This document shows, piece after piece, positions 56,629 through 64,000 of a stretch of 64,000 nucleotides of DNA (within the stretch, counting starts at the first letter, position 1; each line of letters starts with the position of its first letter). The stretch covers positions 1,149,722 to 1,213,721 of the forward strand of contig JBHYGA010000001.1 in the NCBI GenBank assembly GCA_051859245.1, in the 5' to 3' direction. The position numbers and the translations under genes are program-made. This DNA comes from Gemmatimonadaceae bacterium (lineage in GTDB: Bacteria; Gemmatimonadota; Gemmatimonadetes; Gemmatimonadales; Gemmatimonadaceae). The notes under the pieces are model-generated. The model was not told where the DNA came from. It worked only from the letters and a program-made list of their open reading frames with translations, and searched no databases.

Positions 56629-58631
56629 ACGCGCCGTTGTGGCAGCCGGATGCGAAACAACGCGACGCCACGCAGTGGGCTGACTTCACCCGCTGGCTCG
56701 CGCATCGTGGTCTGATCGCGGACGCCAGTATGGGCAGTCATGCACTGTGGACGTGGAGTGTTTCGCAGCCCGAGCAGTTTTGGGAATCGCTCTGGCAGTA
56801 CTGCGATATTCTCGCGGATCACAATGCGTCGGGGCGACAGCACGACGCGGTGCTGGTTGGCGGACATCGAATGGCTCCGCCAGACGCCGCGCTTGGACCG
56901 CACTGGTTTCCGGGAGCGCGACTGAACTTCGCGGAACATATGTTGCGCCGGCGTGATGAGCACACGGCCATCGTCAGTTGGACGGAGCAAGGCCAACGGT
57001 GCACACTGTCGTACCGTCAGCTCGCGGAGCAGGTGGCGCGCTGCGCGTCGGCACTTCGCGCCGTGGGGGTGGTAGCCGGTGATCGTGTGGCTGGCTGGCT
57101 GCCCAATGTACCCGAGGCGGTGATTGCGATGCTCGCGGCCGCATCAATCGGTGCGATCTGGTCGTCGTGTTCGCCCGACTTTGGTGTGGACGGTGTGCTT
57201 GACCGTTTTGGCCAGATTGAGCCGACGGTGCTTGTCGTATCCGATTGCTATCAGTACGCGGGAAAAACCATTGATGTGCTCGCGCGCGTGGCGCAGGTCA
57301 ACAGGCAACTGCCGTCGTTACGCGCCACATGGGTGGTGAAAGGCGCCGACGTTCCGGCAGATATTGCGGCGGTTGACAACGCGGCGCATTGGCATGACGT
57401 GCTCGCGGTGCACACGAACGCCGACCTCACGTTCACGCGTCTGCCGTTCGATCACCCGCTGTACATACTCTATTCTTCGGGCACAACCGGCCTGCCCAAG
57501 TGCATTGTGCACGGGGCCGGTGGCACCTTGCTGCAACATCTGAAAGAGCATGTGTTGCATACGGACCTGCGCGCGACCGACACCATGTTCTACTTCACCA
57601 CCTGTGGATGGATGATGTGGAATTGGTTGGTCTCGTCGCTTGCCGTGGGCGCCACCATTGTGCTGTATGACGGTGCGCCATTGCCGGCGAATGATCCGTC
57701 CGTTCTGTGGCGCATGGCCGCGCAGGAGGGCGTGTCTGTGTTCGGCACGAGCGCCAAGTATCTCTCCGCGCTCGAGAAGGCAGGCGTTCGTCCGCGCGAG
57801 CGCGAGGATCTGTCACGTTTGCGTTGTGTGCTGTCCACCGGCAGTCCACTGGCGGAACCGTCGTACGATTTTGTCTACCGCGACATTTCGCCGCACGTTC
57901 AGTTGGCCAGCATTAGTGGCGGAACGGACATTGTCTCCTGTTTTGCGCTCGGCGATCCAACGGGCCCCGTGCATCGCGGCGAACTCCAGATCCGCGGACT
58001 TGGCATGGCGGTTGATATCTGGTCGGAGCGCGGCGAACCCGTTCGCGGAGAGGCCGGCGAACTCGTTTGCACGGCGCCGTTTCCGAGCATGCCCGTGGCG
58101 TTCTGGAATGACGCGAACGGCGCGAAGTATCGGGCCGCGTATTTCGAGCACTTCCCAGGTGTCTGGCGTCACGGCGACTGGGCCGAAATCACACGCAACG
58201 ATGGTTTGATCATTCACGGTCGCAGCGATGCGACGTTGAATCCTGGTGGTGTCCGCATTGGCACGGCCGAGATCTATCGTCAGGTGGAGAGCCTGCCGGA
58301 GATACTGGAGAGTGTTGTCACCGAGCACACCGTGACGGACCGCTCCGGTACAGAGGCGAGGGTGGCACTTTTTGTTCGACTCTCGCCTGGCGTGGCGCTC
58401 GACGCCGAGCTGGCCGCAAGGATTCGTGGGTGCATTCGGGCGGGCGCCAGTCCGCACCATGTGCCGCGCGTGATTGGAGCCGTACCGGATATTCCGCGTA
58501 CCCGAAGCGGAAAAATCAGTGAACTGGCCGTGCGTGAGGTCATTCACGGTCGTCCGGTCAAGAACGCCGACGCACTCGCGAATCCCGAATCGCTGGCGGC
58601 GTTTGCGGGCCATCCGGCGCTCGCTGAGTAA
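56625..58631 (+). CDS. Acetoacetate--CoA ligase
   Basis: PLWQP, WFPGARLNFAE, WSSCSPDFG, YSSGTTGLPKCIVHG, TTCGWMMWNW, SISGGTD, GRSDATLNPGGVRIGTAEIY. True start GTG 56625. Confidence 0.95.
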   Translation: MNAPLWQPDAKQRDATQWADFTRWLAHRGLIADASMGSHALWTWSVSQPEQFWESLWQYCDILADHNASGRQHDAVLVGGHRMAPPDAALGPHWFPGARLNFAEHMLRRRDEHTAIVSWTEQGQRCTLSYRQLAEQVARCASALRAVGVVAGDRVAGWLPNVPEAVIAMLAAASIGAIWSSCSPDFGVDGVLDRFGQIEPTVLVVSDCYQYAGKTIDVLARVAQVNRQLPSLRATWVVKGADVPADIAAVDNAAHWHDVLAVHTNADLTFTRLPFDHPLYILYSSGTTGLPKCIVHGAGGTLLQHLKEHVLHTDLRATDTMFYFTTCGWMMWNWLVSSLAVGATIVLYDGAPLPANDPSVLWRMAAQEGVSVFGTSAKYLSALEKAGVRPREREDLSRLRCVLSTGSPLAEPSYDFVYRDISPHVQLASISGGTDIVSCFALGDPTGPVHRGELQIRGLGMAVDIWSERGEPVRGEAGELVCTAPFPSMPVAFWNDANGAKYRAAYFEHFPGVWRHGDWAEITRNDGLIIHGRSDATLNPGGVRIGTAEIYRQVESLPEILESVVTEHTVTDRSGTEARVALFVRLSPGVALDAELAARIRGCIRAGASPHHVPRVIGAVPDIPRTRSGKISELAVREVIHGRPVKNADALANPESLAAFAGHPALAE

Positions 58632-59860
<1,229 letters not shown>

Positions 59861-59861
<1 letters not shown>

Positions 59862-61054
59862 TGCCGATTTATCACACTGCAGGGCAAATTCCGCGAAAGC
59901 GTCACATCGTGTTTCGCAAACCCGACGGCGGATTGTACGCTGAAGAGTTGATGGGGCACGAAGGGTTCGTCGGTACGTCGTCATTGCTGTATCACGTGCA
60001 TCCACCCACCACGGTGCTGCGCGCTCGCAAAGTGAGCGATGTGGTGTACGAAGCCGACGAAGACACATCGCTCCGGCATCGGCATTTTCTCACGGCGCGT
60101 GCACACAAGGGTGGCTCTCCTACGCTGAGTCGCATTCCGCTGCTGTTCAATGCGGACATTGCCATGCTGTACGTGGAGCCCGATCAGCTCGACACGCACT
60201 TCTATCGCAACTCGCAGGCCGACGAAGTGGTGTACGTGGCTGAAGGCGAGGGCGTGCTGGAGTCGGTGTTTGGCGAGCTGCCCTACAAGAGCGGCGACTA
60301 CGTGGTCATTCACCGGAATATCACGCATCGCTGGCGGATTGATCCGGCCAAGGGCGCTACGAAGCTTCTGGTCATGGAAAGTGCAGGGCACGTGCGATTC
60401 CCTTCGCGATACATGAACAAGGTGGGGCAGCTGCTCGAGGGCGCGCCCTATTGTGAACGGGATATTCAACGCCCGCGGTACGTGGAGCCCAAAGACGAGA
60501 AGGGCGAGTTCTCGATCATGGTGAAGCAGTACAACGCGATCAACGAACTCGTCCTTGATCACCATCCGTTCGACGTGATCGGGTGGGACGGGTACTTCTA
60601 TCCGTGGATTTTCAGCATTCACGATTTTGAGCCGATTGTTGGTCGCATTCATCAGCCGCCACCAGTGCATCAGACGTTTCAGGGCGACGGATTCGTGATC
60701 TGTTCGTTCTGCCCGCGTCCGTACGACTTTGATCCGCAGGCGATTCCGGCCCCGTATAACCACAGCAACGTCGATTCTGACGAGGTGTTGTTCTACGCGT
60801 CGAGCGAGTTCATGAGCCGGAAAGGCATCGAGTACGGATCGATCACGCATCACCCCGATGGACTGCCGCACGGCCCCCATCCCGGACGTACCGAAGCGTC
60901 AATTGGCGCGAAGTACACCAACGAACTGGCGGTCATGATGGACTCGTTCCGTCCGCTGAAAGTCGCAAAGGCCGCGCAGTCCATTGAAGACACGCGCTAT
61001 CATCAGAGTTGGGTGAATGCGCAGCACGAGCAGTTCAATCCGCCCACGTCCTGA
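59861..61054 (+). CDS. hmgA: Homogentisate 1,2-dioxygenase
   Basis: GQIPRKRH, HPFDVIGWDG, HQPPPVH, PYNHSNVDSDE, HGPHPG; coupled to hppD. Confidence 0.93.
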
Positions 61055-61071
61055 AACGCTGTCGCCACGCC

Positions 61072-62298
61072 ATGCCACGATTTGCCGATCGTTACAACAC
61101 ACTGCCCGCGTATCCGCTGGCGCACATCCCGGCCCGCAAGCGGGCGCTCATTGCGGCAGGCGTTGATGTGATCGACCTGGGCGCGGGCGATGCCGATCTT
61201 CCTGCGCCCGCTGAAGCGATTGCCGCGTTGCAACAGGCGGCAACTGTGCCGGCCATGCAGCGGTACGGCTTTGGCATGGGCTATGTGCCGTACCGCGAGG
61301 CAATTTCGCGCTACATGCAGGAGCGATTTGGCGTTTCGTGTGATCCGCTCACCGAAGTGGTGCCGCTGATCGGCAGCAAAGAAGGCCTCGCCCATGTGGC
61401 GATGGCCTTTCTGCAGCGCGGCGATGTGGCAGTGGTGCCTGATCCGGCGTACGGCGCGTACGTAGGCGGTACGCTGCTTTCCGATGCGGAGCCGTACGTG
61501 GTGCGTCTCGAAGCCGAGAAGGATTTTCTCGTGGACCTCGACGCGATTCCAGACGCCGTGCTGGCGCGCACACGCGTGGTCTATCTTAACTATCCGAACA
61601 ATCCGACCGGTGCAATCGCGCCGCGTGAATACCTCGAGCGTGTTGTGCGCACGTGCATTGAACGCGACATCTTGCTGGTGTACGACAATGCGTACGCGGA
61701 ACTCGCGTTCGACGGATACGTGCCTCCGAGCATTTTTGAGATCGACGGTGCGCGCGACATCGCGATCGAGTTCCACTCGATCTCCAAGACGTTCAACATG
61801 ACCGGTTGGCGTTGCGGCTGGGCGGTGGCTCGCCCCGAACTCGCTGGTGCGCTGGCGCGCGTGAAGAACTTTATCGATACCGGCGCGTTTCTCGCCGTGC
61901 AGTCGGCGGCGACGGCGGCGTTGAATGTGCGCGAATCGTTTGTGCCAAACAATGTTGCCGTCTTTCGTGAACGTCGCGACGCGGCCGTGAACGCGTTTCG
62001 CAGCGCCGGATTCAGCTGCACGTCGCCGAAGGCCGCCATGTATCTCTGGGTCCCGTTGCCGGCTGGTATCAGCAGCGCACGGTTTGCCGACCGCCTGCGT
62101 GAAGAGCAGGGAGTCATTGTGATGCCAGGCTCCGGATTTGGTGCTGGCGGTGAAGGCTACTTTCGTGTGTCATTCATTGAATCGCCCGAACGCACGGCGG
62201 AGGCGGCCGTACGCGCCGGCCGTGTGCTTGCGGCGTTGCAGGCGGAAGACGAACTCATGCTCGCCTCGGCGGTGAGCGTGATCACCGCCACTTCGTGA
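61072..62298 (+). CDS. dapL: Class I/II PLP aminotransferase, LL-diaminopimelate aminotransferase-like
   Basis: LIGSKEGLAH, NYPNNPTG, YDNAY, EFHSISKTFNMTGWRCG. Confidence 0.75.
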   Translation: MPRFADRYNTLPAYPLAHIPARKRALIAAGVDVIDLGAGDADLPAPAEAIAALQQAATVPAMQRYGFGMGYVPYREAISRYMQERFGVSCDPLTEVVPLIGSKEGLAHVAMAFLQRGDVAVVPDPAYGAYVGGTLLSDAEPYVVRLEAEKDFLVDLDAIPDAVLARTRVVYLNYPNNPTGAIAPREYLERVVRTCIERDILLVYDNAYAELAFDGYVPPSIFEIDGARDIAIEFHSISKTFNMTGWRCGWAVARPELAGALARVKNFIDTGAFLAVQSAATAALNVRESFVPNNVAVFRERRDAAVNAFRSAGFSCTSPKAAMYLWVPLPAGISSARFADRLREEQGVIVMPGSGFGAGGEGYFRVSFIESPERTAEAAVRAGRVLAALQAEDELMLASAVSVITATS

Positions 62299-63866
62299 GC
62301 GCGCGCTTCGCTGGGTTCGCGTCACGTACGAAGCTCCTGATGGGATCATTGGCCGCCGTTGCGCTGATGATCACCGGTGCTGCGGTAATGGAGCGTTCGG
62401 AGTTGGCGGCGCGCGCGGTGACGGGGCCGGAATCGACAATCGGAAGCGCACAAGACACCACACCGCCCGCAATTCCGCGAGAGTTTCGTGGTGTGTGGGT
62501 TGCGACCGTGGCGAATATCGACTGGCCGAGCAAGCCGGGTTTGCCGGTGGCGCAGCAGCAAGCGGAGCTGCTCACAATTCTCGACCGCGCGGCCGAGCTG
62601 AATCTCAACGCCGTGTTGTTTCAGGTGCGCCCGCATGCGGACGCGTTGTACAAGTCTGATATTGAGCCGTGGTCCGAGTATCTGACGGGTACGCAGGGGC
62701 AGGCGCCGAGTCCGATGTGGGATCCGCTTGAGTTCGCGGTGCGCGAATCACACGCGCGTGGACTTGAACTGCACGCCTGGTTCAATCCGTATCGCGCACG
62801 CAATGATGCATCCAAGAGTCCCGTCGCGCGCAACCACATTTCGCGTACGAACCCCACCTTGGTCAAACCGTACGGCCGCTTTCTGTGGATGGATCCTGGC
62901 GAGCCGCTCGTGCGTCGACGCACGCTGCGTGTCGTGCTCGACGTGGTGAAGCGATACGACATCGACGGCGTGCACATTGATGACTACTTCTATCCGTATC
63001 CGATTGCGCGCGCGCGTGGGCGCGGCGATCTGCCATTTCCGGATGACGCGAGCTGGAACAAGTATCGCGCCGCTAAGGGAAAACTCAGTCGTGACGATTG
63101 GCGCCGCGAAAATGTGAACACGCTCGTGCGCGAGTTGGCCGAAGGTATTCGCGCGGAAAAACCATGGGTGAAGTTTGGTATCAGTCCGTTTGGCATCTGG
63201 CGTCCTGGTTCACCGCCAAGTGTGCGAGGCTTTGACGCGTACGAGAAATTGTACGCCGACGCGAGAAAGTGGCTCAATGAAGGGTGGGGCGACTATTTCT
63301 CGCCGCAGCTCTATTGGCCGACGTACAAAGACGGGCAGAAATATCCGGTGCTGCTGGAGTGGTGGACCGCCGAAAACACCAAGCGGCGACACATGTGGCC
63401 CGGCAACTTCACGTCGCGTGCCGGCGCCACGGGAACGGGCTCGTTCTCCGTATCAGAGTTGCTGGAGCAAATCGCCGAAACGCGGCGCAATCCGGGATCA
63501 TCAGGCAACGTGCATTTTTCCATGCGCTCATTCGTAAAGAATCAATCGGGCATGAATGACACGCTGCTGCTGGCCCCCTACCGACACGCGGCACTTGTGC
63601 CGGCATCGCCATGGATGAAGGCGCCGCCGCCACCGTCCCCGCGCGTGTGGCTGGGCCGCGATACGAGAGGTCGTCGGATTGTTGAACTGACCACGGTGAC
63701 CGGTGAGCGGCCGTGGCTCTGGGTGGTGCGCACGCGTACGTCGCGCGGATGGCAAACCGATGTGATGCCGGGCGTACAGACCACATGGACCGCTGCGGGA
63801 ACAACAGATCCGCTCGACGTGGTGGTCTCAACGGTGAATCGGATTGGCGAGGAACGCACACAATGA
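62295..63866 (+). CDS. Glycoside hydrolase-like DUF187 (GHL10, YddW/DigH-like)
   Basis: REFRGVWVATVANIDWPS, FQVRP, ELHAWFNPYR, DGVHIDDYFYPY, FGISPFGIW, PQLYW. Confidence 0.9.
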   Translation: MSARFAGFASRTKLLMGSLAAVALMITGAAVMERSELAARAVTGPESTIGSAQDTTPPAIPREFRGVWVATVANIDWPSKPGLPVAQQQAELLTILDRAAELNLNAVLFQVRPHADALYKSDIEPWSEYLTGTQGQAPSPMWDPLEFAVRESHARGLELHAWFNPYRARNDASKSPVARNHISRTNPTLVKPYGRFLWMDPGEPLVRRRTLRVVLDVVKRYDIDGVHIDDYFYPYPIARARGRGDLPFPDDASWNKYRAAKGKLSRDDWRRENVNTLVRELAEGIRAEKPWVKFGISPFGIWRPGSPPSVRGFDAYEKLYADARKWLNEGWGDYFSPQLYWPTYKDGQKYPVLLEWWTAENTKRRHMWPGNFTSRAGATGTGSFSVSELLEQIAETRRNPGSSGNVHFSMRSFVKNQSGMNDTLLLAPYRHAALVPASPWMKAPPPPSPRVWLGRDTRGRRIVELTTVTGERPWLWVVRTRTSRGWQTDVMPGVQTTWTAAGTTDPLDVVVSTVNRIGEERTQ

Positions 63867-64000
63867 CGGCACGTCGACAGTTCTTTTACGCAGAGACAAG
63901 CGGCATACGCATCACGGTGCGTCCGTCTTTTCTGTCTGAACAATCCAGTCCGGTGCTCGGGCAGTATGTCTTTGCGTACCACATTCGCATTGAGAATGTG
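63863..64000 (+). CDS. apaG: ApaG protein (partial, runs off the window)
   Basis: Manual translation MTARRQFFYAETSGIRITVRPSFLSEQSSPVLGQYVFAYHIRIENV; ATGA overlap with the previous gene. Confidence 0.88.
   Translation, partial: MTARRQFFYAETSGIRITVRPSFLSEQSSPVLGQYVFAYHIRIENV

Overview
GC-rich bacterial chromosome segment that is almost entirely coding. Gene content suggests Gemmatimonadota, but that is inference. The left part is a largely minus-strand run: HD hydrolase, pckA, then lepA-waaF-ROK kinase-PfkB kinase-STAS/ATPase pair-small beta-barrel protein-transsulfuration enzyme-ftsEX-envC-nfo. The middle holds DUF58/BatA-mfd-PPIase-surA-pdxA, typA, a TsdA-like cytochrome, a poly-aspartate protein, a stand-alone tRNA-Ile(GAT), a PilT-like ATPase, S1/P1 nuclease, a divergent LytS/LytTR pair and a deoxyhypusine synthase-like gene. 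From 44.4 kb there is a tightly coupled, LacI-headed operon: FabH-fold enzyme with a non-canonical active site, two acyl-CoA ligases, Na+/solute symporter with a small partner, MaoC hydratase, TonB-dependent receptor, PHB-depolymerase-family esterase and a V4R protein. It is followed by acetoacetate-CoA ligase, hppD, hmgA, dapL, a DUF187 hydrolase and partial apaG. The best candidates for undescribed systems are (1) this putative polyester/hydroxy-acid utilisation locus, (2) a sigma-less STAS-kinase/STAS-wHTH partner-switch module, (3) a small protein with a beta-clamp-like motif and a His/Cys cluster, and (4) the poly-Asp protein. No CRISPR array, integrase, transposase or rRNA was seen. Products were assigned by eye from motifs; no searches were run.
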